DNA of 64,000 bases, taken from NCBI RefSeq assembly GCF_023055435.1, contig NW_025964372.1, positions 7,626,001-7,690,000 of the forward strand, written 5' to 3'. Both the position numbers and the translations under genes were made by a program. Below are positions 38,233-50,333 of the stretch, one piece after another; position 1 is the first letter of the stretch, and the number at the start of each line of letters is the position of its first letter. The stretch is from Haliotis rufescens (taxonomy: Eukaryota). The notes below the pieces were generated by a model. It had not been told where the DNA came from. It saw nothing but the letters and a program-made list of their open reading frames with translations, and made no database searches.

Positions 38233-38505
38233 AGGGGCACGGATGGCCCAGTCTAAGGCGCCGCGATTCGCTGTGTAGAGTTGCGTCCCTTGGGCACGCC
38301 AGAAACCTGTGATTGTGGGTTCGAATCCCGGTTCGCCTCGATTATGTTTCTAGGTTTGTCAGCACCGTACCCGTACTCGTGGGTTTCACCGAAGTGCTAA
38401 ACGTCTTGAGACCTGCATCACTTCGGGCTTTCCTCCCACATTCAGCTGATACGCCGCGATATAACTGGAATACTGTTAAAAGCGGCGTTAAACCCAACTC
38501 ACTCT
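38233..38505 (+). mobile_element. tRNA-derived SINE family B
   Basis: ggggcacggatggcccagtctaaggcg...ggttcgaatcccg...aaacccaactcactc. Confidence 0.85.
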
Positions 38506-39309
38506 CAGAAAGCATCTACATATCCTGTGAACAGACCTCCCCGAGCTGTGTGCTCAAAACTGTCAAAATGCCAGGCGTCATATTTTCAACACCCGGAAGC
38601 CGCTCTCTCGAACAGCCTGGTGCGGCTCCACAGTAGCATATGTAGCTGCCAGCTCCGCTGAATTCACTGAGATTAAAGTACAGGTCTCTGAACAGCGACC
38701 AGTTGAGGTAAGCTCTGCTGTGAGAGAACACAGAATTGTGCTGGGACTGGATACATGAGGGTGCTGTTCAGGAAGCTGATTGCTACAGATTGCATACTTG
38801 ATTACTGTCCGCTGGCAATCCGGACGACATTTGCACATAGGACAGGATGGATTTATATTGGTTATTTAGATGTGCATCTATGCGTTTTAAGCGGATGAAT
38901 GCGGCGTGGTTGCATGGGTCTTATTTGTAATTCTGACATGTTGGCGTAATGGTACATACTATCGCTGAATAGGTGTATGTACGCCAAGCTGATTGGTGAA
39001 CACCGCTTATGGGACGCCATCATTTTCCCTAGTTAGACGGGTCACCTCCCATTAGTAAGACAGCCCAGTTGTGCGACACCTTAAAACAACAATGTCATAC
39101 CTGGTTGCACATGTTAATCAGGTAATTAACCCCTATCATGAAAATGGACTTGTCTTATTATAGACAAAAGAAATGACTCAAGATGTTTGATACCCTCTTT
39201 TACTTTATTTCATTCAACATTTTAATTCATCCATCCCTTAAATCCATTGTTTAAACATATTCGCCACTTAGAGTTCAGTTAAAGTTAATATCACAGTTCA
39301 CATCACAGT

Positions 39310-39537
39310 TCACATCGAGGTTGTCACACTGACACAACCTTTATCTATCTTCAGAAGTTTGCCAACAGCATCCAAGAACTGGAGTGGTGTCTTGACACCC
39401 TGGGATAGGTGATCCTTCAGTCTGGAAAGTCGATTGTCAATCTCCTTGTACACACGCTTTCTTGCTGGTGGAGCTGCACCTAGGTCTAACTGAGATAGCT
39501 TGGTCTTCTCAGATTTCTCAATCTTCCTGATGACGGT
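39310..39537 (-). mobile_element. C-terminal fragment of a MULE-type transposase
   Basis: TVIRKIEKSEKTKLSQLDLGAAPPARKRVYKEIDNRLSRLKDHLSQGVKTPLQFLDAVGKLL..., resembling the C-terminus of animal MULE transposases. No start codon, so absent from the ORF track. Confidence 0.65.
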
Positions 39538-40091
39538 GTGACACTCACCAGTGTGAGATGGCGTGACAGCTAATTACTCCGTTAGAGGGTATATGAGTAA
39601 CACCATTGAGCACAGTTGGGCAGGGAATGGGCTGTGGGTGGTCGGTGTTTACCCCCACAGTTAAACTGTGTGAGACTGGACATTATTGGGTACTGTTAAT
39701 GGATGCTCGAGCAAAACCACTGGTGCATCTATGTGAACAGGTATATACTATTTTGTTAGCGGGTGGCAAACAACTAGTGTAAGTAGCCATGTGGTGGTGG
39801 TTAAGCAGCGCGTGTTGATGAGGCGTGGGACGTTAATAAGGTGAGAGAAGATTACAAGATACTGAATACAGCATGTGATGAGATTTATGTAACTGTAATG
39901 AGGTAGATGTACGGGTGGTGGGTTGCGTAACTGTTCACCCGAGAAGTAACATTACTACTCTCTATTGCACGAGGCGATATTCTGAGTACAAATTACTGAT
40001 CCACCCAAAAATACCTCACGAGGTAGACATAGGCAACACTTTAGGAACCCAGACATTACGTATCGGATTTCAAAATATATATCGGTATACC

Positions 40092-40184
40092 CTTCTGAAC
40101 CAGTTGCTCAGGCCAGTCCTTGAAAGTAGCCATCCTCTAGTGTCCGTATAGCATATCTTCGTTGTAACAGTTGTCGCTTAAATC
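40092..40184 (-). pseudogene. Second BIR remnant (N-terminal part only)
   Basis: DLSDNCYNEDMLYGH*RMATFKDWPEQLVQK. RxxTFxxWP is the BIR start and aligns with RLDTYYTFPIQIKQ of the 37.5 kb copy. Confidence 0.55.
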
Positions 40185-42194
40185 AGACAGCAACCTCCTC
40201 AGCAAATTTTGACATGGGACTCCAAGGTTGACGACCTTAGTATTACATTACTCGCTGTGGTCGCTGGCTGTTTCCTCACTTGTAGGTTGTCCATAGTTTC
40301 ATGGATGGTCCATTCAAGATGACGGTGTTGGAGTGCCATCGATCAGGACGCTTGTAATTTCTTGGGGTAAACTTGGGTATTCCAACAAATACAGATGCTG
40401 ATGGTAGGCAGATACAGAGGTAACAGGCTCAGGAGTAAGCTCAACAGTTACCCTACCTGGATTCTCCACCAGTTGTCAACACGTTTGTCGACAGGGGGAC
40501 TTAGATCAGAATGAAGAAGGGGAAAAAAAGTTGAGCCAAACTTCAGTCTTCTATAAAACAAATAAATTACTCATAAAAATATGCCAAGCAAAAATTCAAA
40601 CTTGACTACTCTACGTCAAGTCCAGCAAGCGAGCGCATTCTACTTGTGGTTGTACATTCAGTTGCAGTCGGAACACCAGACCAACAGTATAGATGTTAAC
40701 TTGTATATAGTAATGGGCAACAATGGACAGAGACGATGGCATTGCCCTGGTCATGGGACTTACAGATGTAATTACGGGCATGGACCAGAGGATAATCAAT
40801 TAAGGGTATAAATGCCATATGAATTACTGTGTTAGACAATGGCAAACTTGACCGTATTCCGATTCTGTGATTGAGAGTAGCAGTCTGAGACCAACTTGGG
40901 TGTGCCGTGGATGACTGTAGACTTTGGGGAATAGCAGGAATTGGAGAGACGAGGGATGGGGCATTAATGCGTGCTTTTTTCATGCTAATGGAGTCAATCC
41001 GACATGAAAAGCATAATGACTGATGAGGTCACTCTAGTTTTAGGTCGTCTATATATTCCAGACTATTCCCCAACGTCTACAGTTATCTACAACACACCCA
41101 TGTATATGTAAATGTATATTTATGTGCGTGTGCGTGCGTGCGCATATACACACATACACACACAACGCTATTGTTGCACTTGGTTCTGAGGAAGGAATTC
41201 TCTGGTCATTCTGATAGTGCATTTTACATTCTACTGACACTGCCAATAAGCGAAAACCAATAGATCAACCATACCATGAAGATGGATTAACATTCCCATG
41301 ATTTTTCCATTACATAAGAGTTACATTCGAGTGCTACACATTTTGTTGTAGACACTATGATAAATGTATGGTATGTTGTAGATGCATGTGACATTGCACC
41401 AATGTTTTCAGTGTGGCTAAGATAATCCTTCCTCACAATCTCGGGGATAATACTGAGATAAACGTTTAGGCCAAAACTTTAAGATCTTAAAACCTACAAC
41501 TAATAAAAAAATACGGCCTAATGTATACATACTGATTGTAGTCATTACATCAAGGATTAAACAGTTCTTGTACTTTTATAGTGTTCATGTTTCCATGACG
41601 ACTTTAACAAACCATGTATGAGTCATACAAATTTATGTTGTGTTGTAATAAGTCTGATATATCCAGCTATTTTGTACCTCCAACCTGTTTAACTGTTATG
41701 AAATGTGTCATGTAAACATGCTTTGTAATCCTACTCTTTGGACAGTTGGTTCAACACGAACTGCACTGTCATCACCTGTTTGAATAAAGACATAAGATGG
41801 AACCAATTGTGGTATGTCGTTCTGTTTTTGTTTCCTTGTTTCTTAGCATCCGACCTATTATTTTCATTGCATGTATTTTCCAAGATAGTTTTTTTATCCT
41901 TCCCCTGTGATTTCAAGATGCCCGCTGTACCCCATAATGGGTGGATCTCTAAGACAAGCTTAATTGATGATTCAGAGGTCGGATTGATCCGTCGAACCAA
42001 AATAGGCGTCTCGTGTTGATGGAGTATACGTTTGAAAAACAAACATGTTGGCCTCATTCTGACATTAAGCATTGACTGGAACTCTCGAGAGTCGAAACAA
42101 ACATACACACTACAAATATTGCTACTATTTTACTTTAGCATGTTGGTTCGTTATGACCCTGGAGGCCCTGTACCCCCTGATGGTACTTGTTGTT

Positions 42195-42423
42195 ACCCTG
42201 ACAGGTGTTCGGCATTAAGGGGCTAAAACAAGGACTGGTCGGCTCGGAGTCCGTATACTGTGTCTGAGTGGGGGTATTCATGTTAAACTGCCGCATGGTA
42301 TCTCGGTGAGCTAGCACTATAAAATCGGCATCAGTCCGGATGAGTACACACCACACCACAGAGAGTTGTATGCAATAATCTAGAGCGCGACGTTAAACCC
42401 TATTTCACCTCACCTCACCTCAC
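42195..42423 (+). mobile_element. SINE family D (3' part)
   Basis: Homologous to 4625-4880, with a (cacct)n tail. Confidence 0.7.
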
Positions 42424-42444
42424 CACGGATTTAATACACTTGTA

Positions 42445-42680
42445 TCTGTGAAGATTCGGCTCAGAACAGGCCTTCAGCAACCCATCCTTGTCGTTAGAGG
42501 CGATCGACTAACGGTATCGGGTGGTCGGGCTCCAGACTTGGTTGATGCATCGTGTCCCATTTGCGTTGATCGATGCTCATGACATCAATCACTGGATTTT
42601 ATGGTCCTGCCTTGATGATTTACAGACCGTCATCATATAGCGGGAATATTGCCGAGTGCGGCGATAAACAACAAACACTA
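42445..42680 (+). mobile_element. SINE family A
   Basis: Diverged full-length copy. Confidence 0.8.
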
Positions 42681-43576
42681 CAACAAATAATTCTTTTGTG
42701 TTTCCATAATATATAACACCATACCATACTCGCTTTGATGCGAGGATACAGCGATACTAGCAGCTTGGGTTATCAATCAGACTCAAACCACTCACGAACC
42801 CGCTCCTTTCTACGGAAAGAGCCAGTCCCGAACAAGCGCATTCGCGTGTCAGTTTAGTCACTAATTAATAAATGTGTGTGAAGAAATTACACGTTAAATG
42901 TCGTGGCATCGTAAAGGTACAACATGTAGCACTGTCTACAGAACTTAGGGGTCAGCTTGAACCTTGCTGAACAGAATTTGCTGAGGTGAGGCCCATGGTG
43001 ATCCGGTCAGTCCCAAGTACCAAATTCTTGTAAGAGAAGACTGTTGGGTAATGAATTTCCATCGTTTGCCATCTTGCTCCGATCACCGTCAACCAACGGT
43101 TGTCCCCGACCTCAGGGGGGTATATCTACGCAACCCTTATATTGTGGAACGCGGAACAAACATACCAAAGAACACATATCATAAGAACACGTGCACATGC
43201 CATAGGACCACGTACCTCACCTCACCTGAAAGTGAATGGCTTACAAAAAGTACAATTGATTCTGTAACTAGATACTTATTATGGTTATAGAAGTGTTTTG
43301 CCACTTTTTATTAAAAAAGGAAACGTTTACCAATTTTCTTTTTCAAGTATTTTATCAGGAACAATGGCCCGATGTCAAATATCTCTTACAAGTTTCAACA
43401 GGATCAAATGAGGCATCTCGATGAGGAGTCAACTGGAATAATGAAGAGAATGCAAACTAAAGCATCAACTCAGTGACAGTGGTATAGAACAGAGCAGACA
43501 GATGTCAATGACCACACTTAATCCTGTTTTTCTGTACATGCCAATGGCGGTGTTTAGAGTACACAGTCACTGGCGT

Positions 43577-43795
43577 CCCCGTGAAGACCCGGTCTAGAAT
43601 TGGTCTTCAGCAACCCATGCTTGAGGCGGCTAACGGGATGGGGTGGTCAGGCTGGCTGACTTTGTTTGATGGTCATCGTGTCCGAGTTATCATGATGTCA
43701 ATCACTGTGTTGTCTGGTCCAGACTCGATTACTTACAGACCGCCGTTACAGAGCTGGAATGTTGTTGAATGTGGCGTTAAACGAAAAACAACCTA
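43577..43795 (+). mobile_element. SINE family A, internally deleted
   Basis: Head and tail both recognisable. Confidence 0.75.
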
Positions 43796-44080
43796 ACAAT
43801 GCCTGCCGTGGAGCACGTGGGTTCAAAACATGACGCGGCAAAAATAACCAATCACAAAAACCTCTTCAGCTCCGGTCCTCCTGCGAATGTATATCAGGAC
43901 AAACGGAGTGTTGGTATTTAACCATACACCCGATACTGCCGAAGCATTGAGTTACGCCGTATCGCAGGATATATCGAGATAAGTGACTTCGTGTTAACAG
44001 CGTAAACATTGAAGTAGAGAGCTCGATCTTTGGAATTTACTGATGAAATGGTTGTCTTATTTCAAATTGCAAGAAACTGG

Positions 44081-44435
44081 GACCCCAGAAGACCCGGGGT
44101 AGATTAGGTCTTCAGCAACCCATGCTTGCCATAAAAGGCGACTATGCTTCCGGTAAGAGGCGACTAACGGGATCGGGTGGTCAGGTTCGCTGACTTGGTT
44201 TGATGCATGTCATCGTGTCCCAATTGCGTGGATCGATGCTCATGATATCAGTCACTGGATTGTCTAGCCCAGACTCGATTATTTACAGACCGCCGTCATA
44301 TAGCTGGAATATTGCTGAGTGCGGCGTTAAACAACAAACAAACAATATAACAAATAATTGTTGTGTTTCCATAATATATAACACCATACCATATTCGCTT
44401 TGATGCGAGGTTACAGCGGTACTAGTCTAGATAAA
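44081..44435 (+). mobile_element. SINE family A plus ~90-bp extra 3' segment inside one TSD
   Basis: 13-bp direct repeat TGCAAGAAACTGG at 44068-44080 and 44436-44448. Confidence 0.8.
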
Positions 44436-44827
44436 TGCAAGAAACTGGTTTTCGCAAGTGCCATAAACAATGACACACTTGTCCCTGTCAGAAAAAACAG
44501 TTAACTCCGTCACCAGGGTGAATTGATTGATCAATAGTGATGGTTAAATAGTGACAGTCAGTATACATTATCTACCTTTGCGAGACGAACAGACCGTGAC
44601 AAGGGAACGCAAATACACAGAGCTGAGTGATTAATGATAAATGACACTCGAGCAGGCGTTGACAGACACTTTCATCGCAACACAAACCACCCGGGCACGT
44701 GACACCCGGATATGTACACCACGTGACCGTTAGCGTTTACATATAACACATATTGTATGAGCGGAGGTACTTCTGTCGGGATTTAGTAAACGATATATTA
44801 CACAGTCAACGCTTTAAGAATCTAGCC

Positions 44828-44859
44828 ATGGCCAGTGTTGTGGTCGAAATTGAATACTG
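44828..44859 (+). CDS. MIEN1: Selenoprotein W2 / MIEN1 (Rdx family), exon 1
   Basis: gccATGG Kozak; MASVVVEIEY-TG|gtaagt. Confidence 0.9.
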
Positions 44860-46834
44860 GTAAGTAGTTCAAGCTGTTTAAATTCATTGGTTTTTTTACC
44901 TGTGTAAATCGTACAAAGCTCAAGAGTACAGTTACTTAAAGCAGGACATCCTGTTTGACTGCAAGTTCTCTATTATAATACGGAAATGAGGTATTAATAG
45001 GGCCTCGTGGTACCATTTGAGCTCGACTAGGGAGGGAATGGTTGTTTAAAAAAGTAGAAACTGGTCCATTTTCTCGTCACTGTCGAATAGATGTAAATGA
45101 AATTATTTCATGTCGTAATATGCAAGGTATGTGCCGACTTATTTAATCCATTCATGGATGGAACCCGTTTGAATGGACCCAGGCTCAGAGACGAATTGAA
45201 AAGATATAAAGCATCGTAATATACGTAATATGTGTCCAGGAAATATATATTTTTCATGCCAGTGTCCTTTATATTCCACAGTGTGTTTGCAGGTTGAGAA
45301 CTCATATCGATTATACATTGTTCTTTCCGATCAATACACTTCGCCATTTGTCCACAGTCACTAATGTACATTAGTGCACGTCAGGTCAGTCGGCTGATAG
45401 CCGTATGTACTCGCCATGACAGTGGACATGATCATTGTGTGACTGTCCAATATCTCGATCATAACAGATATAGGTCAGTACATTTATGTTGACGCGCGAG
45501 GTTCATCTCCTGGGGGAATGAAAACTAGCTGAGTCATTGTGCAGTCGCGCAATGTCATGGAGCGCGTTATGTTGGCGCAGTCGCAATACAAAGACAAATC
45601 CCGTCACGGTAGCTGTAGGCTTAGTGTACCGAGTCGTGCGTGATCCGAATTCTTCACCAGGTGTAGATATAGTGACACCTGCAGCTGCTTAGTCATCTAG
45701 GCCTCTAGGGTCGGGTAGTTTAACTTTTCATGAACTCTTGTAAACAAATTTGTCGTTGGAGCAGTTTAGCATTTGAATCACACATAGATCGATCTACCTG
45801 TCCTGTCAGGATTCGCCTGTACATTTATACGATAGGTGACAAAGGATCCCACGTTGATGTCCAAAGTCGGTCAAAGTATTGGCACCGTGCCAGATTACGG
45901 ACTACACGCAGTCGGGGTGTGACAGGAAACAAACACGGCCAGCACGTGCAGACACGAGTTTCTAGAGAAGGAGGGGTGCTTTTTGTCACACCCTAACATA
46001 TAGCAAAATCAAGATGAAAGCAAATTCTTCGCAAAGCAATTTGGTAGTTATATTTTTGGGGAAACATCACCAAATGAGTTTAACTGCCTAGCAATGAAAG
46101 TCAAACAAGAATTCGATGGTGATCGATATTCCAGCCATATGATGGCGGTCTGTGACCAACTCTGACAACTGGGGTATCTCACTAATGGCGTTTGACCTCT
46201 GACAATAACCTTTGATACGCTGTATTTGTGCCAAGGCCCAATTAGTACTAATTGAGTTGTTTGAATATTTATATATTTTATATATTAACTGCATTTATTT
46301 AAAATCTGAGATCGAAAAAACAGGGTTTTTTTCATTTCCGTGAGTACTTTAGTGACAACTTAGGTAACAGAGTCAGGACATGTCTGTTTTCAAAGATACC
46401 CTTCAAATTAACGTAACCTCATAAAACTACGAAATAATTGACGAAAAATCATAAACATTTTAGAAAGTTGTTTTTGTTTTGAAATTACTAAATATCTCAT
46501 GTTAAATGTTTTCAATTAATGTCACACTGAAATTTCTGCCAGATGCACTTACAGAATATCATTAGTTGCAGCTTCCGCCAGTTAGTGAGTGAGTGGGTTG
46601 GGTTTAACGCCGCTTGTTTCAGTATTTCCGTTACATCACGGGGTGTCAGTTGAATGTGGGAGGAAAGCTCGAAGTGATGCAGATCTCAGACTTCAGCGAA
46701 ACCCACGAGCACAGTATGATGCTGACAAACCTGAAACATCTCCTTTCAGGGGAAATATGGGGGTATTGAAACACGTTGTCCTGACGTCACGCCATGGTCA
46801 TAGTTGAAACTTAGGTGCCACACTTAAACGGACA

Positions 46835-47090
46835 CCCGTGAAGATCCGGTTAGAATTGGTCTTCATCCTTGCCATAACAGGCGACTTTTCTTGTCGCAAG
46901 AGGCGACTGACGGGATCGGGTGGTCAGGCTCGCTGTCTTGGTAAATGCATGTCATCGTATCCCAATTGCGTAGCTCGATGCTCATGTTGTCGATCACTGG
47001 ATTGTATGGTCCAGACTATATTACTTAAAGACAGCCATCATGTAGCTGGAATATTGCAGAGTGCGGCGTTGAACAACAAACAAACAAACC
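46835..47090 (+). mobile_element. SINE family A
   Basis: Full-length copy in selenoprotein intron 1. Confidence 0.8.
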
Positions 47091-47194
47091 TCTTTAACGG
47101 AGTTCCATAGGCGTAAAAGTTCTATTCAAGTATCGAGTTTTAAGTCACAGCGGTGTTTCAGATAAAGTGTTTGATGCTGATCACTGTGTTTCAG

Positions 47195-47289
47195 TGGCGG
47201 ATGAGGCTACGCTCCTCGGTACGGGAAGCTGAGGAACTACCTCGCTTCCAAGACCGGGGCTGGCGTCAGCGGCAGGGTGGGGCGCAGGG
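47195..47289 (+). CDS. MIEN1: Selenoprotein W2 / MIEN1 exon 2, containing the Sec codon TGA (47202-47204)
   Basis: tttcag|T GGC GGA TGA GGC TAC = C-G-G-U-G-Y (CxxU), then APRYGKLRNYLASKTGAGVSGRVGRR|gtaagt. Confidence 0.92.
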
Positions 47290-47324
47290 GTAAGTAGATG
47301 TCTGGCTACTCACAGGTGGGGGAT

Positions 47325-47605
47325 GTAGAGTGAGTGAGAGAGTCAGTTGGGTTTTTCGCCGCTTTTAACAGTATTCCAGATATATCATATATCACGACGT
47401 GTCAGCCTGATGTGGGAGGAAAGCCCGAAATGAAGCAGGTCTCAGACGTTTACCACTTTGGTGAAACCCGCGAGATCGGGTATGGTGCTGACAAACCTAG
47501 AAGCATAATAGGGGCGAACAGGGATTCGAACCCACAATCATAGGTTGCTGGCGTGCCCAAGGCGAATCGCGGCGCCTTAGACGACTGGGCCACCCGTGCC
47601 CCCTG
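47325..47605 (-). mobile_element. tRNA-derived SINE family B
   Basis: Reverse-complement copy. Partial copies also at ~46585-46740 and ~52700-52767. Confidence 0.8.
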
Positions 47606-47607
47606 GG

Positions 47608-47773
47608 GGTGGAGAGAGAACAGGGGTAAGTATGTGTGTATGCCCCCGGGTGGTGTAGAGAGAACAGGGGTAAGTATGTGTGTATGCCCCCGGGTGGTGT
47701 AGAGAGAACAGGGGTAAGTATGTGTGTATGCCCCCGGGTGGTGTAGAGAGAACAGGGGTAAGTATGTGTGTAT
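47608..47773 (+). repeat. 44-bp minisatellite x~4 carrying CAGGG|GTAAGT
   Basis: Unit gtagagagaacaggggtaagtatgtgtgtatgcccccgggtggt. Confidence 0.9.
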
Positions 47774-47949
47774 GCGAAATGTTTTATCTCAGGGCACTGA
47801 AAGTATTGACAATGTGCATCAGAAATAATAATTATTTGCTCAAAAAACAATGTTACTTATCGTGGGTTAATTTAAACTCGCATCCGTGTGATCCAGTTTT
47901 ACAATTACTGCTAAACTGAACTAAGACAAATCACTACATGATAACCCTG

Positions 47950-48142
47950 ATGATGCTTGTCGTAAGAGGCGACTAACGGGATCGGGTGGTCAGGCCCGCT
48001 GACTTGGTTGATGCATGTCATCGTATCCCAATTGAGTGGATCGATGCACATGATATCATTCACTGGACCACTCGAGTATTTACATACCGCCGTCATATAG
48101 CTGTAATATTCCTGAGTGCGGCGTTAAACAACAAACCACCAA
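47950..48142 (+). mobile_element. SINE family A, 5'-truncated, abutting the exon 3 acceptor
   Basis: Tail ends ~20 nt before the AG at 48161. Confidence 0.8.
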
Positions 48143-48162
48143 ATCGTTGTTTGTTGTTGCAG

Positions 48163-48239
48163 GTTCGTTTGAAGTGACTGTGAACGGCAAGCTGGTGTTC
48201 TCTAAGTTGAAGGTCGGATCATTCCCCTACGACGAGGAT
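48163..48239 (+). CDS. MIEN1: Selenoprotein W2 / MIEN1 exon 3
   Basis: ttgcag|[26 protein letters not shown]|gtaagt, the Rdx signature GxFEVxVNGxLVFSKxxxGxFP. Confidence 0.93.
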
Positions 48240-48286
48240 GTAAGTATTCAAGTTGCTATGTCGTTATGGCGTTGTGAAATACTTAA

Positions 48287-48940
48287 AGGGGAAGTGTACA
48301 CGCAAAAATCACTTTCTTTCTTTTTCTAAACAAAACGCAATTTTAGAATTAGTTAGTATCTGTGTTTGAAAATATACACTCATTTTTTCTCACAGTGAAA
48401 GTAGGAAGCTCACAATAGTGTTAAAATGATATGCCGTTATGAGGCCTTCGTTTTACGAGCAAAATAGGCCTGAGTTATCCCCCTTAGATTATGACGTAAT
48501 TGGTGCTAATTCAACTGGGTCCCTGTCTATTCTCAACGCAAAAGATATCAAGGACCAGTTTTTATGTAAAACAACATGGTCTACGACACACTCCGGCGCA
48601 GTGGTGACTCAGTATAACACAATTCTGGCTGGCATCTGAGACGCTAAAATCACAAAACTGTACCTACACCACGTGAAGCGGCTCTAACAAAGCATGATGA
48701 CGTCATAATGTTTATCAAATGGCACCAATGACGTCATATTGCAAGGGGCATAAGCCATGGTGTTTTTGTTATGGAAATAGAACACTTAGTAAATGTGAAA
48801 AATATAAATCGTTTTAATGCAAAAAATATGTTAATTAAATATGATGTTTTTATATTTTTGTCTATGACACTTCTATGTTAACACTTTTAATGTGGAAAAA
48901 GTACAAGAAAAATTGGTTCATTTCCGTGTGAACTTGCCCT
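48287..48940. mobile_element. TTAA-flanked non-autonomous DNA transposon (Kolobok-like)
   Basis: TTAA|AGGGGAAGTGTACACG ... CGTGTGAACTTGCCCT|TTAA. Confidence 0.7.
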
Positions 48941-49164
48941 TTAAACGTTAGCCACAGTCACACAACGTCAATTGTCAACATTGTCACCGTATACCCAACT
49001 ATTGGAGGTCAACCCATACAGAATATATGGCAGAGTTGTAGCCGTCAGTGAAATCAAACGAAATGAAGTAAACAAAGGTCACGTGATGGTGAACGTGTAT
49101 TTTACTAAAGGAAACAATATAAGCGGATGAATACACAATGCCATTCAGAAAGTGGTCAAATGTA

Positions 49165-49373
49165 ACACATGTTATATTTGGGATTACACTTTCTAAGTCA
49201 ATGTGGAAGCCTCAGTGGCTGAGTGGGTGACTCGTAGATCGCTGACTGTGTGTGCTAGCGATTAGGTGCCTCACTCTGGCAGTGCTGGTTCGAATCCCGG
49301 ATGGGACTCAACCCCCAAACGTACTAGAATATGTACTTCACTATGAAAGTGTAATCCCACATATAACATTTGT
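49165..49373. mobile_element. TA-flanked MITE enclosing a tRNA-like Pol III promoter
   Basis: ~29-bp TIRs acacatgttatatttgggattacactttc / gaaagtgtaatcccacatataacatttgt; internal TGGCTGAGTGG and GGTTCGAATCCC. Confidence 0.7.
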
Positions 49374-50333
49374 TAAAATATATGCGAACATGGATAAATA
49401 ATACAGGAATCACCGCCATATTTAAAACTAAAAAAATTATTTATATGTGATTTGAAATTTGGCATGTTTGTAGTCAGAGACCGTATACCGACATATGGTA
49501 TCTGGTGTAGGTAATAGTGGACCTTAAAATATATGTTCCATTGTTTTGCGATGTCATGGTTTTTCACTTTGATTTGACCTCTAAATAGTTTGTGTCACCA
49601 CAGTGAATAGACTGTATTAATATCAAATTGGATGAAACATTGGAAAAGAGTATCTTAGACCCCAATGCAGACAAGCCAGCCTCCACGTTTCCTTTCTTTA
49701 TGACCGGTAAAGAAATACACCACTACTTCGGCAGTAGAGGCTTATTTTGTTCAAATCATTATGATTTTACTTTATTTTGTTTCTGATAAGACATGTAAAA
49801 ATCAAATTTTACAAAAAGTTTCAAAAATGTAATCTTAAGAACCACAGGGCACCTAAAGCTGAACTTTGCGAGAATGGAAATGACAAAAGTAGATTCAGGA
49901 TTGTTCAGCATCAAGTCTGGCTCTCAACTTTGAAAAAATGCAGTGTTTTCCTCTTATTCCAAGAATCTATTGCACCCAGTTTTCTTTTCTAGTTAGAATG
50001 TGTTATGTTCGCCTGTTTACACCTGGTCCTGTTACAGTCACCCGGAGTGTAGGCTCTTGAAGCTGTGGCTTTCAGTGGGACTCCTCCCAAACATCGGGTT
50101 TATCATTTGGATGTACTTGACTGTATTACTTGTTGACACGAGGAGGTAGGATAAGAATAACACGTAGGATCAGACACGTACAAATGGCTCATGTCTTGCC
50201 TTTATTTCTCCCTTTTTGGATTTCTGACGTAATCAAATACAACAGTATGGCTTAATGAGGTTAAGAGGCCCATTTTTCGAACAGGAATATGAGCAAGTTC
50301 GAGACCCACAGATCATCTATCTACATCTCTTAA

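Noticed and set aside
38233-38340. Functional tRNA genes at SINE heads
   Set aside because: A/B boxes are too far apart, there is no cloverleaf, and each continues into a SINE body and tail.
49209-49310. tRNA-Sec gene inside the selenoprotein intron
   Set aside because: Shares short words (cctcagtgg, cccggatg) but has no TCA anticodon arm or acceptor stem; it is a SINE-type head.
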